20,725 bases of DNA. Source: Hydrurus foetidus. Taxonomy: Eukaryota. The position numbers and the translations under genes were made by a program. Of the stretch, positions 1-8,920 are shown piece by piece. The notes under the pieces were generated by a model. The model was not told where the DNA came from. It searched no databases and saw only the letters and a list, made by a program, of their open reading frames with translations. The stretch's first letter is position 1; each line of letters opens with the position of its first letter. The stretch lies in assembly GCA_900617105.1 (NCBI GenBank), contig UYFQ01000260.1:434001-454725 (forward strand), written 5' to 3'.

Positions 1-2672
1 AGCACGGCCCGGTCCTGGTCGCCCACGCGGCGATGACGGCCAAGCGGCTCAATCTTCATGCCCCGCGCGCAGCGGTCGACTGTTCGACGTGCTGGAGCTC
101 TACGCCTTCACCCGGCCGGCGACCTTCTGCGCGCCTTCGGCCGTGGGCCTGTCGATGGCTCTGGGTCTGGCCGAGCCGAAGGGCGCGGCCGAGCAGGCGG
201 CCAGCCTGAGGATCTCGGCCGACGCTCTGCTGGCTGAGCTTCGCCTGACGCCCCAGCCGTCGCGCGAGGAGGCCCTGGCGGTCGCCGAGACCCTGGCCAA
301 GGCCGGCTGGGCCTGGGGTCCGGCGGTGATCGGCGCCCTGCGCTCGGCTCCTGTTGGCAACCAGTTTCGCAGCTCGGGCCTGGATGTCTGGGCGCGCATC
401 GTCGAGTGGGAAGACCAGGCTCCGCTGGGCGAGTCCGGCACGCGGCCGATCGATCCGGAGCGAGCGGGCGAGCGGCTGACCGAGTTGCTGCAACGCGCGG
501 GTCTGGACGAGGTGCGCGAGGCTCAGGCGACCTATGCCCGGGAGGCGGCGTTCGTCTTCCAGCCCCGCGATCGCGAGGGCGAACCGAACATGATGCTGGC
601 CGAGGCCGGCACCGGCGTCGGCAAGACCCTGGGCTATCTGGCCCCCGCCTCGCTGTGGGCCGAGGTCAATGGGCCGTCGGTCTGGATCAGCACCTATACG
701 CGGGCCCTGCAGCGCCAGATCGAGCGCGAGAGCCAGTCGATCTATCCCGATCCGGCCGTGCGGGCCCGCAAGGCGGTGGTGCGCAAGGGGCGCGAGAACT
801 ACGTCTGCCTGTTGAACTTCCAGGAGCAGGTCAACGGCGCCCAGCTGGGCAATGGCGACCTGATCGGCCTGGCCCTGGCGGCGCGGTGGGCCAGAGCCAC
901 CCGGGATGGCGACATGACCGGCGGGGACTTCCCGGCCTGGCTGCCGACGCTGTTCTCGATCGCGCCGATGCAGCAGGCCAGCCCGGCCAATCTGGTGGAC
1001 CGGCGCGGCGAGTGCGTTCACGCCGGCTGTCAGCACTATCGCATCTGCTTCATCGAGAAGGCGGTGCGGGCCTCAAAGCGGGCCGACATCGTGATCGCCA
1101 ACCACGCCCTGGTGCTGACCCAGGCGGCGTTCGACGGCGCGCGGGCGGCGCGGGGGCTGAAGGGCGACAACGAGACCACGGCGGTCAAGCGGGTGGTGTT
1201 CGACGAAGGCCACCACCTGTTCGATGCGGCCGACAGCGCCTTTTCGGCGGCCCTGTCCGGGGCGGAGGCGGCGGAACTGCGTCGCTGGATCCGCGGACCC
1301 GAAGGCCGGGGCCGGCGGGGGCGGGGCCTGGAGGCCCGGCTGCTCGACATCCTGGGCGACCGCGAAGGCGCGCGTCAGGCCTTGACGGCGGTGCTGCATG
1401 CGGCCGCCGCCCTGCCGGGCGAGGGCTGGTCTGGACGCGTTGCGCCGCCGGACGGCCAGGTCAATCCGATCGGACCGATCGAGAGCTATCTGGTGGCCGT
1501 CATCGAGCAACTGCGGGCCCGCAGCAGCGAGCGGGCGGGTCGAGCAGGGCTGCAATGCGCCGCGCGTCCGGCGGTGGATCTGGTGCGCGAGCGGGCGGGT
1601 GAGGCGGCCCGGGCCCTGGCCGGGGTCGAGGCCCCGCTGCTGGCCCTGGCCCGCCAGCTGGAAGACGTGCTGGACGAGGACGCCGAGCACCTTGGACCCT
1701 CCGAGCGCGCCCGTATCGAGGGCGCTGCGCGGTCTGGACCGACGGGCGCGCATGACGCTGCCGGCCTGGCGTTCGATCCTGAAGGCGATCGACGAGGACG
1801 CTGAGGACGACCCGGAGTTCGTGGACTGGTTCGAGGCGACCTTCCTTTACGGGCGCGTGGTCGACGCCGCGTGTCGCCGGCACTGGGTGGATCCGACCGA
1901 GCCGTTGCGGGCGGCGGTGCTGAGCCCTGCTCACGGCGTGCTGGTGACCAGCGCCACCCTGACCGATCCGGCTCTGGAGGATCCGTTCGCCCTGGCCGAG
2001 ATGCGGACCGGCGCGGCGCGAATGCCGCAGTCGCCCAAGGTGCTGCGGCTGGTCTCGCCGTTCGACTATGAGAAGAACGCCCGGGCTATCGTGGTCACCG
2101 ACGTCAACAAGGAAGACGCTCGCCAGGTTTCCGCGGCGATGCGCGAGCTGTTCCTGGCGGCGGGCGGCGGCGGGCTGGGGCTGTTCACGGCCATCCGGCG
2201 GCTGAAGGCTGTGCACGAGATGATCGCCGCGCCCCTGGCCGACCGGGGTCTGGCTCTCTACGCCCAGCACGTCGACCCGCTGGAGGCCGGGGCGCTGGTC
2301 GACATCTTCCGGGCCGAGCAGGACGCCTGCCTGCTGGGTACCGACGCCATCCGGGACGGTATCGACGTACCGGGGCGGTCGCTGCGTTTGCTGGTTTTTG
2401 ATAGAGTGCCGTGGCCCAGACCCGATATCCTGCACAAGGCGCGGCGCGCACGCTTTGGTGGCAAGGGCTATGATGATTCTACCGCAAGGGCCCGTATCAG
2501 TCAAGCTTTTGGCCGTCTGATCCGCCGGGCGGACGATCGCGGGATGTTCGTGATGCTGGACGCCGCCGCCCCGACGCGGCTGTTCTCGGGCCTACCCGAA
2601 GGGGTCGCGGTCGAGCGCATGAGCCTGGTCGAGGCCATCGAGGCCACCGCCGCATTTCTGAGCGAGACATAA
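1..2672 (+). CDS. dinG: ATP-dependent DNA helicase, DinG/YoaA family with Fe-S cluster (5' end outside window; apparent frameshifts near ~65 and ~1725)
   Basis: Joins ORFs 89..1804 and 1398..2672. Motifs: EAGTGVGKT (Walker A), KGRENYVC and ECVHAGCQHYRIC (Fe-S cysteines), IANHAL, DEGHH (DEAH-like), TSATL, SPFDY, GIDVPG, QAFGRLIRRADDRG (motif VI). Frames rejoin as ...RIEGA/LRGLDRRAR at ~1725. Confidence 0.93.
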
Positions 2673-2727
2673 GCGTCATCTTGGGCCGGTAGAAGCCAGT
2701 TTCAGGGCTAAGGCCTTGGAGGCGCAG

Positions 2728-3177
2728 ATGATTCGAGCCTGGGTCGCAGCCCTCGCGATGCTGCTTGTCGCCGGCGAAGCCGGGGCGCAGGAATTTGTTC
2801 GCCCCGATTGCCGCACGACCGTCCAGCCGACCAGCCGGCTGCAGTTCGAGAATGATCTGCACGCGCGCTGGTACAAGCGGTTCTGGACCGGCTCGTGCCA
2901 GGACCTCAGCCTGTGCATGCCGGGCTCGCCCAACTGGAACGACGTCGTCGACAAGCTGCTGATCCGGGGCGCGCCTTCCCAGCAGCCGGTCCTGCTGCCC
3001 AAGGCCTGTCGGCTGGGTCAGCTGATTGGCATGGAATGGGCCCGCGACCGCCGTATCAAGCGCATCAAGACCGGCGACCTGAAGGTGTTCAACACCATGA
3101 TGGAGGCCTCCGGCGACCCCCTGCGCGGCGTCGATCAGGTGGAGCAGAAGGCCCGCACCCTGATCACCCCGCCCTGA
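2728..3177 (+). CDS. Hypothetical secreted/periplasmic protein with N-terminal signal peptide and four cysteines
   Basis: ATG at 2728 preceded by TGGAGG; MIRAWVAALAMLLVAGEAGA|QEF is a Sec signal with an AxA cleavage site; high-GC3 codon usage. Confidence 0.8.
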   Translation: MIRAWVAALAMLLVAGEAGAQEFVRPDCRTTVQPTSRLQFENDLHARWYKRFWTGSCQDLSLCMPGSPNWNDVVDKLLIRGAPSQQPVLLPKACRLGQLIGMEWARDRRIKRIKTGDLKVFNTMMEASGDPLRGVDQVEQKARTLITPP

Positions 3178-3253
3178 CCGGAGTTTGACTCAAAGTCGTC
3201 GAATTTCTGCAATCGACAGGGTCTAGGAGGAGGGCAGTACAGGAGCGTTCCCC

Positions 3254-3526
3254 ATGACCCCCCACGCCCATTCGACCGATCCGGCGATCGACGAGGCCGC
3301 CGCCCCGGCCCAGGCCTATTCGGCCCGCGCCCTGGTGCGGGCGGTGCGCTGGCGCAGCGGACTTTCGGCGGCCCAGTTCGCCCGCGCCTTCCATATCGAC
3401 CCGGATCTGCTGGAGGCGCTGGAACATGGCGGCGCCCGGCCCGACGCGGCCCTGACGGCCTATCTGCGCGTCATCGACCATGCCCCCGAGGTGGTGCGCG
3501 AAGCCTTGGGGCGTTCGGGCCACTAG
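3254..3526 (+). CDS. XRE-family helix-turn-helix protein (HigA/YiaG/NadS-like)
   Basis: RBS AGGAG at 3241; VRWRSGLSAAQFARAFHI...LEHGGARPDAALTAYLRVIDHAPEVVREAL fits the HigA-type XRE HTH pattern (R..GLSQ..FA....I......WEQG...P...A...L.VI...PE.V..AL). Confidence 0.85.
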   Translation: MTPHAHSTDPAIDEAAAPAQAYSARALVRAVRWRSGLSAAQFARAFHIDPDLLEALEHGGARPDAALTAYLRVIDHAPEVVREALGRSGH

Positions 3527-3554
3527 AGCCCTTCCGAGACCGAGACCGAGGGCG

Positions 3555-3592
3555 TTCGGCCGGGTCGGATGTCGCCATCCGAACCGGCCGAA
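3555..3592. terminator. Long hairpin, likely bidirectional terminator between convergent genes
   Basis: TTCGGCCGG-G-TCGGATG-tcgc-CATCCGA-A-CCGGCCGAA inverted repeat between stops at 3526 (+) and 3599 (-). Confidence 0.7.
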
Positions 3593-3598
3593 ACCAGG

Positions 3599-4000
3599 CT
3601 AGGCCGCCTTGCTGATCGCCGAGGCGATGTCGTCGGTCGAGTGGCCGGTCAGGTCCTTGGCGATCTCGCCCACCAGTTTGGCCTGAAGATCCTTGTGCCA
3701 GTGCTTGCGCAGCTCGCCCAAGGTGCGGGGCGCGGCGATCACTAGCAGGTCGGTCAGCTTGCCGGTCAGGGCCCAGGTGTTGAGCGTCTGGGCCACACCC
3801 ATGGCGAAGCCATCTTCGGCCTGGGTGTCATTGTCGGGGTTGGCGCCGCTGGAGGGATGGCCGGGCGAACCGGAGGCGCGCTCCGTCATTTCGGGGTTTT
3901 CGACAGCCGACAGCTTGATGTCGGTATGTCCGCTGTTCCTGAAGAGGACGAGCTTTTCGCCGTCGACCACCGCCACCAGGGCGCCATTGGGAAGGATCAT
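3599..4000 (-). CDS. Host attachment protein / baeRF12 (bacterial archaeo-eukaryotic release factor family 12, AtsE-like)
   Basis: MILPNGALVAVVDGEKLVLFRN...EDGFA...LLVIAAPRTLGELRKHWH...GEIAKDLTGH is typical of the family; ATG at 4000 with GGAGAG upstream. The longer track start (4240) overlaps the next gene and is not preferred. Confidence 0.88.
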   Translation of the reverse strand: MILPNGALVAVVDGEKLVLFRNSGHTDIKLSAVENPEMTERASGSPGHPSSGANPDNDTQAEDGFAMGVAQTLNTWALTGKLTDLLVIAAPRTLGELRKHWHKDLQAKLVGEIAKDLTGHSTDDIASAISKAA

Positions 4001-4029
4001 GCTCTGCTCTCCACGGGATTGGTCACCGT

Positions 4030-4054
4030 AACGAACGGCGTGGAGCGCGGTTGC
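4030..4054 (-). promoter_or_regulatory. Putative sigma-EcfG (sigmaT)-type general stress promoter
   Basis: Minus strand reads GCAAC-N16-CGTT about 30 nt upstream of the baeRF12 ATG; consensus is GGAAC-N16/17-CGTT (one mismatch). Confidence 0.6.
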
Positions 4055-4133
4055 GTCGGGCCATGTTGCGAGGTGGCGGCTCCCGCCTGATCCGTCTTGC
4101 CTGTCAGGCTGGCCCCTCAAGTCGCAGAGCAGT

Positions 4134-4331
4134 CTAGGCGGAGAGGTCCTTCTGAAGCTTCCCGCGCGCCAGCAAAGCGCCGGCGCCCCCCAGAAGGGCG
4201 CCGCCAAGGCCCAGAAACGGCGCGCCGTTACCGAGATCATTCGTCAGGATGCAAATCCCGTATCCAATATTTCCGCCGGCCAAGGCTATGAGTAACAGTC
4301 CAGCGATCAATGCGACTTTGCTCTTGATCAT
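4134..4331 (-). CDS. Small hypothetical membrane protein (65 aa, two Gly-rich hydrophobic segments)
   Basis: Strong RBS AGAAAGGA before ATG; two hydrophobic stretches with basic termini; fills the gap downstream of the VOC gene. Confidence 0.65.
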   Translation of the reverse strand: MIKSKVALIAGLLLIALAGGNIGYGICILTNDLGNGAPFLGLGGALLGGAGALLARGKLQKDLSA

Positions 4332-4376
4332 CGTGGCTTGTCCTTTCTGATCAGCCTTGCCCGGCGGAATTGCTGA

Positions 4377-4751
4377 CTAGCCGAACTTGTAGCCGCACAG
4401 CTTGTTGCCATCCAGGTCGCGGAAATAGGCGAAATAGGCGCCCGGCATGCGCTCGCCCGGACCGCCTTCATCGGCGGCCCCCAGCTCGATCGCCTTGGCG
4501 TGGAAGGCGGCGACCTCTTCGGCGGTGTCGAAGCTGAACCCGCCCATGGTGCCGTTGCCGATACAGGCGGGGGCGCCGTCATAAGGACCCAGCACGCCGA
4601 ACAGGCCCGTGCCCTTGCCGCGATAGAGCCGTCCGCCCGAGGCATGCTCATGCACCGGCGTCATGCCGATCGAGCCCAGCAGGGCGTCGTAGAAGGCCTT
4701 GGCCTCTTCCAGCTTGTTGGACCCCACTGTGAAATAGGCGACCTTGGCCAT
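4377..4751 (-). CDS. VOC family (glyoxalase/bleomycin-resistance-like) protein
   Basis: YFTVGSNKLEEAKAFYDALLG, PYDG...GNGTM, FHAKAIELGAADEGGPGER, YFAYFRDLDGNKLC; RBS GGGAGA. Confidence 0.9.
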   Translation of the reverse strand: MAKVAYFTVGSNKLEEAKAFYDALLGSIGMTPVHEHASGGRLYRGKGTGLFGVLGPYDGAPACIGNGTMGGFSFDTAEEVAAFHAKAIELGAADEGGPGERMPGAYFAYFRDLDGNKLCGYKFG

Positions 4752-4819
4752 GTGTCTTCTCCCGTTTGTGTTTGAGCGACGCTAGCATGAGGCGGCCGTC
4801 GGGCAACGCTGACGCAGGG

Positions 4820-6616
4820 TCAGGCTTCGGGGGGCGGGTCGGCCAGGCCTTCGGCGATCCCGCTCTCGGCGATTTGGGCCAGCAGGTTGAACAGGGCCGG
4901 CACGTCGATGGGCTTGCGCAGCACGCCATCGGCCCCGGTTTGCAGATAGCGGGCGATGTCGTCGTCGAAGACGTTGGCGGTCAGCATCCAGATCGGCGTG
5001 CGGGCGCCGGGCGGCTCGGACCTGCGGATTTCCCGCACGGCCTCAAGGCCGCTCAGGACCGGCATGTTGACGTCCATCAGGATCAGGTCGAACGGCTGGG
5101 CCCGCCAGGCGTCCAGCGCCTGGGCGCCGTCCTCGGCGAAGGTCAGCGACACTGGGGTGTCCTTCAGCAGCAGCGCCAGCACCCTGCGGTTGGCGGAATT
5201 GTCCTCGGCGGCCAGCAGGCGAACCTGACCGAGGTCGCGGCGGGGAGCGGCCGGAGCGGCCAGGTGCGAGGTGTGGACGGGCGCGTCGAAGGCGAACCAG
5301 AACAGCGCGCCGTCGGGCGCCGCCCTTGAGGTCACTGAGGCGGCGGGAGCCTCGATCCCGAGGGCGCCGCCCATCAGGGCCATGTTGCGGGCGCAGATCG
5401 CCAGGCTCAGCCCGCTGCCACCCTGCTGGCGGCCCCGGGCGGTCTGGTCGAAGGCCTCGAACAGGCGGGGCTGGTCTTCGGGCGGCACGGCGGGGCCGGT
5501 ATCGCTGACCTCGATCAGGACGCTGAGGGTTTCGCCCTTCAGCGTGCCGGCCAGGCGCACGGCGACCCGGCCGCCGGCCGACACTGCGCCCATGGCGTGG
5601 GAGATCAGGTTGATCAGGGTCTGTTCCACCCGCACCGCGTCGGCGCGCACATGGAAGGACAGGGTGGGGTCGGCGTCGTCGAAGGTGAACGCCACGCCGA
5701 TGCCGCGCGCATGGGCGCCCCATACGCGCATCACCGCATGGATCATGCCGCGAAGATCGACCGGCACGGGGGTGAGGCGCGTCTGGCCGCCCTCGACATG
5801 GGCCAGGTCGAGGATGCCGTCCAGCAGCCGGGTCAGTTGCTCGCCGCCCTCCAGCACGCCGCCGATCAGTTCGGCCTGATCGGGGGTGAGGTCCTTGTCG
5901 CGCAGGATCTGGGCGAAGCCCAGCACGGCGTTCAGGGGGGTGCGGATCTCGTGGCTGGCCACGGCCAGGATGTCGGTCTTGGCGCGGCTGGCGGCCTTGG
6001 CCTCGTCGATGGCCTCGGTCAGGGCGGCGTTCTTGCGGGTCAGGTCGCGCAGGGCCTGGGTCAGGGTCCGGTCGGTGGCCTGCTGTCGCGAGGTGACCAG
6101 CAGCACGGCGGCGACGAACAGGACCATCGCCAGGGCATAGTGGTTGAAGGCCAGGGGCGCGGTCCAGTCGATGGCGCTCCAGATCAGGGTCAGGGCCGGG
6201 GGAACGACGCCCATGACATAGCTGATCGGGGTGATGTGGACTCGCAGGGCGACGAACAGCAGCACACAGATCGCCAATAGCCCCGTCTCGACCTGGGCGA
6301 TCGGGCCGCCATAGAGGCGGATCTGGACAGCCAGCCAGCAGGCATTGACCACCAGCAGGACCATCAGGACGTCCGATTGCCAGCGCAGCCGCATGAACGC
6401 CTTGCCAGGGTCAGGATCGCGGGCGGCGATTTCCGCAGCGGCGAACAGGGCCAGGTACAGGGCAAATTCGAGAACCCCAGCATGGCCATGCGCGAGGGTG
6501 AAGAACGCCAGCAGGACGACGAAACAGGCGACGAGAACGAGCCGGGTCAACGCGACCTGGCGGGAGTACAGGATGTACCCTTCCAGCTGGGTGACATCGG
6601 CTATTCGTCCTGGCAT
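4820..6616 (-). CDS. Membrane-bound hybrid sensor histidine kinase / response regulator
   Basis: About six hydrophobic N-terminal segments, H-box SHEIRTPLNAV, HATPase_c-like region (DTG, LFEAFDQ, GSGLSL), C-terminal receiver (AEDN, DLILMDVNMP, LTAN, LRKP). Exact start uncertain. Confidence 0.9.
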   Translation of the reverse strand: MPGRIADVTQLEGYILYSRQVALTRLVLVACFVVLLAFFTLAHGHAGVLEFALYLALFAAAEIAARDPDPGKAFMRLRWQSDVLMVLLVVNACWLAVQIRLYGGPIAQVETGLLAICVLLFVALRVHITPISYVMGVVPPALTLIWSAIDWTAPLAFNHYALAMVLFVAAVLLVTSRQQATDRTLTQALRDLTRKNAALTEAIDEAKAASRAKTDILAVASHEIRTPLNAVLGFAQILRDKDLTPDQAELIGGVLEGGEQLTRLLDGILDLAHVEGGQTRLTPVPVDLRGMIHAVMRVWGAHARGIGVAFTFDDADPTLSFHVRADAVRVEQTLINLISHAMGAVSAGGRVAVRLAGTLKGETLSVLIEVSDTGPAVPPEDQPRLFEAFDQTARGRQQGGSGLSLAICARNMALMGGALGIEAPAASVTSRAAPDGALFWFAFDAPVHTSHLAAPAAPRRDLGQVRLLAAEDNSANRRVLALLLKDTPVSLTFAEDGAQALDAWRAQPFDLILMDVNMPVLSGLEAVREIRRSEPPGARTPIWMLTANVFDDDIARYLQTGADGVLRKPIDVPALFNLLAQIAESGIAEGLADPPPEA

Positions 6617-6818
6617 CCAAGCCCCCGCCCAATGTCATCCGCCCCGGTCGTCGCGCCGACCTTCGTCTTCGGAAGGGCGCAACGGACACACGCCATAGAC
6701 CGACGATTCGCGCTTTCTGGCTCGTCTTCCGCGCGAGTGGATCGCAGCGGTCCGAGGTCGAACAGGTCTGCGGCAGTCCGCAGGCGGCCGGGGGCAGTCT
6801 GCGCAGGGCCTGTGAGAC

Positions 6819-8457
6819 CTAGGCCGCGCCGATATATTTGATCAGGGCGGTCATGTTTTCGATATAGCCGCCGGTCGAGATGCCGATCTTGGGCGTCTCG
6901 GTGATGAACGGCGAGGTGTCGGTGGCGTCGCCTACCCGGGTCCGGCTGAAGTCGCCGGGCGCGGGGGTGGGCGAGCCGTCGCCGATATAGGGATTGCTGG
7001 TCGCCTTCAGCTCGGCCGGCCACCAGCCTTCGCTGTTGAGCGCAGCCATCAGGGCGGCGGCCTTGTCGGGTGAGGTCTGACCGGTGTCGGCCTTCAGGGT
7101 GTCGACATTCAGGTCGGACACCGAGATGTCGCCGGTGGTGAAATAGCGGGGCAGGGCCTTGCGACCGCCCTTCAGCGGCGAGTCCTGGCTGGCGATTTCC
7201 GGCGGCGTCGCCTGCAGCTTGGCCAGGCGCTTGCGCAGGCCTTCCACATTGACCGCGCGGGTCGAGCCATAGTGGATGACGACGTTTTCGGGATTGTGGT
7301 CGGCATAGTAGCGGCCATTGACCACATTGCTGCCGGTGCGGTGGATGAACAGCGGCTTGCCTTCGCCGATCGAGATGAAGGTGGGATAGGCGCGGCCGCC
7401 CTTGATCTGCTCGGCGGGCAGTTTCACGCTGTCCAGCCAGTCCAGCCTCGCCCAGGCGGGCCAGGAACTTGGGATCGCCGGTCAGCTCGTAGAAGTCCAT
7501 GCACGAGGCGATGTTGCCGCCGGTGGTGTGGGTGGCGAAGGCTTCGGGCTCATAGGTGCGGGCCCCGGCGGGCTTCAGGTCGGAAACCCGGTGCTGCAGG
7601 CCCCAGGCCGGTTGCGGCATCGGCTGCTGGCAGGCGAGGAAGCAGTCCATGGCCTTGCGGATCACAGGCAGCACGCGTTCGTCGCCCAGGGCCTGCCAGA
7701 CCATGATCAGGAACTTGAGGTTTTCCCCGGCCACGTCGTCATTGAAGGTGATGTAGCCGGTGTAGTCGGCCTTGCCGTGGTGGTGGAACTCGTCCTTCAG
7801 CGGGAAGCGCTGGGGCCAGCCGCCGATCGGGTATTGGCTGTCCAGAACGAAGGCCAGGGCCTTGTCCAGAGCGGGCTTGAAGGCCTTGTCCTGCTTTTCG
7901 ACATACAGGCGCAGCAGGAACTGCGAGGCCTCGGCCGTGCCGGCGTCATCGAAGGTGGCGTTGCCGTAATAGTGCTGGAATTCCTCGAGCCGCCAGCCGT
8001 TCTTGCCGATGGTGTCGTACCACTTCTTCAGCGAGGCCTCGCCGGCCAGATCGCCCAGATAGTTCCAGCCGCCGGCCGGGTGCTGGATTGCGATCAGGGC
8101 CTGGGCGGCCTTCACCGCGGCCTCGTAGTAATAGGCGTCGCCGGTGGCGTGGAAGGCGTCGAGGAACAGGTGGCCCATGGTGGCCGTGCCGGGCGGCTGC
8201 ACCCAGATCATGGTCGGGAAGGCCTCCATCTCGCCCCAGCGGCGCGAGAAGTCGGGCAGGTAGCTCCAGACATAGCCGCCGTTATAGGCGGCCTTCTCGA
8301 CCATGAAGCGGGTGGCCTTCTTCATGGTCTCCAGGGCCTGGGCCTGGGTCGGGCCCTCGCCGGCCAGGGCCTTGAGCGGCGAGACGCAGCCGGCAGCCGC
8401 GAAGGCGGCGGCCGAGCTCGCCATCAGGCGGCGGCGGGAGATGGGGCTGAGAGGCAT
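6819..8457 (-). CDS. Tat-exported pectate lyase, polysaccharide lyase family 10 (PelA-like); apparent frameshift at ~7446
   Basis: SRRRLMASS twin-arginine signal; PL10 motifs ATFDD, LDSQYPIGGWPQRFP, YITFNDD, WGLQH, PAGARTYEP; reading continues ...LGEA/LDWLDSVKLP into ORF 6819..7427. Confidence 0.85.
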
Positions 8458-8614
8458 GCGGCGCTCCGACTGACGTTTATCTCGACCGGCTCGGTGGGGC
8501 GTCGGGCCGTGGGGCGCGGCGATGTCGCCGAGCGCCCGTGGCGGTTCCGTTGCGTCCTCCCGGACCAGACAAGCCGATCCCACCACCTTGAGGCGGCGAA
8601 GTCTTGTCCATGTT

Positions 8615-8630
8615 GTGACACCGGTGTCAC
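8615..8630. promoter_or_regulatory. Perfect 16-bp palindrome GTGACACCGGTGTCAC, probable LacI-family operator (hexuronate/pectin regulator type)
   Basis: Self-complementary with a central CG as in LacI-family sites; about 160 nt upstream of the pectate lyase start. Confidence 0.75.
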
Positions 8631-8649
8631 GGCTTGGCTAGAGGCTTTC

Positions 8650-8837
8650 CGCGCAACAGCGTTCAGCGCAGTCGGGGTGGTGCGACAGGGCGCCGTCTTG
8701 CGCGGGGATCCCTGTTCGGCGAGGACCGTAACAGACTTCGAGGCGACGCAGCCGCGCCTGTCCTGGCTGCGCGCGACGCCGTCCTGTTGGGGAGCAGGAC
8801 AACGCCCCCGAGCCGGGACCGGTTCGGGGGCGTTTTC
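8650..8837 (+). ncRNA. Candidate small RNA (structured, terminator-ended); 5' end approximate
   Basis: -10-like GCTAGAGG at 8637-8644, four successive stems (8685-8715, 8742-8780, 8781-8800, 8801-8834) and a T-tail, with no credible + strand CDS ending here. Confidence 0.45.
8801..8837 (+). terminator. Rho-independent terminator
   Basis: AACGCCCCCGAGCCG-ggac-CGGTTCGGGGGCGTT: 15-bp stem with one G-U pair on the + strand, ending in GTTTTC. Confidence 0.75.
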
Positions 8838-8920
8838 AATGGCGCTTTGAAGCCCTCACGAAGGACGTGCGTCCAGCGGTCGCATGGTGAGAAAATTTAC
8901 ATTCTGTAAACATTTGCCGC

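Noticed and set aside
1700..1810. Programmed frameshift or split dinG
   Set aside because: No slippery heptamer seen; the same indel pattern affects many unrelated genes, so sequencing error is simpler.
1..2672. DinG as CasDinG (type IV CRISPR) or a defence helicase
   Set aside because: No cas genes or array nearby; it looks like the ordinary chromosomal Fe-S DinG.
3534..3550. CCGAGA short tandem repeat as a CRISPR or mobile-element end
   Set aside because: Under three copies of a hexamer, no spacers, no cas or transposase genes.
8634..8909. 91-aa + strand ORF explaining the orphan terminator
   Set aside because: TTG start without RBS, Arg-rich non-protein-like composition, and it runs through the terminator rather than ending before it.
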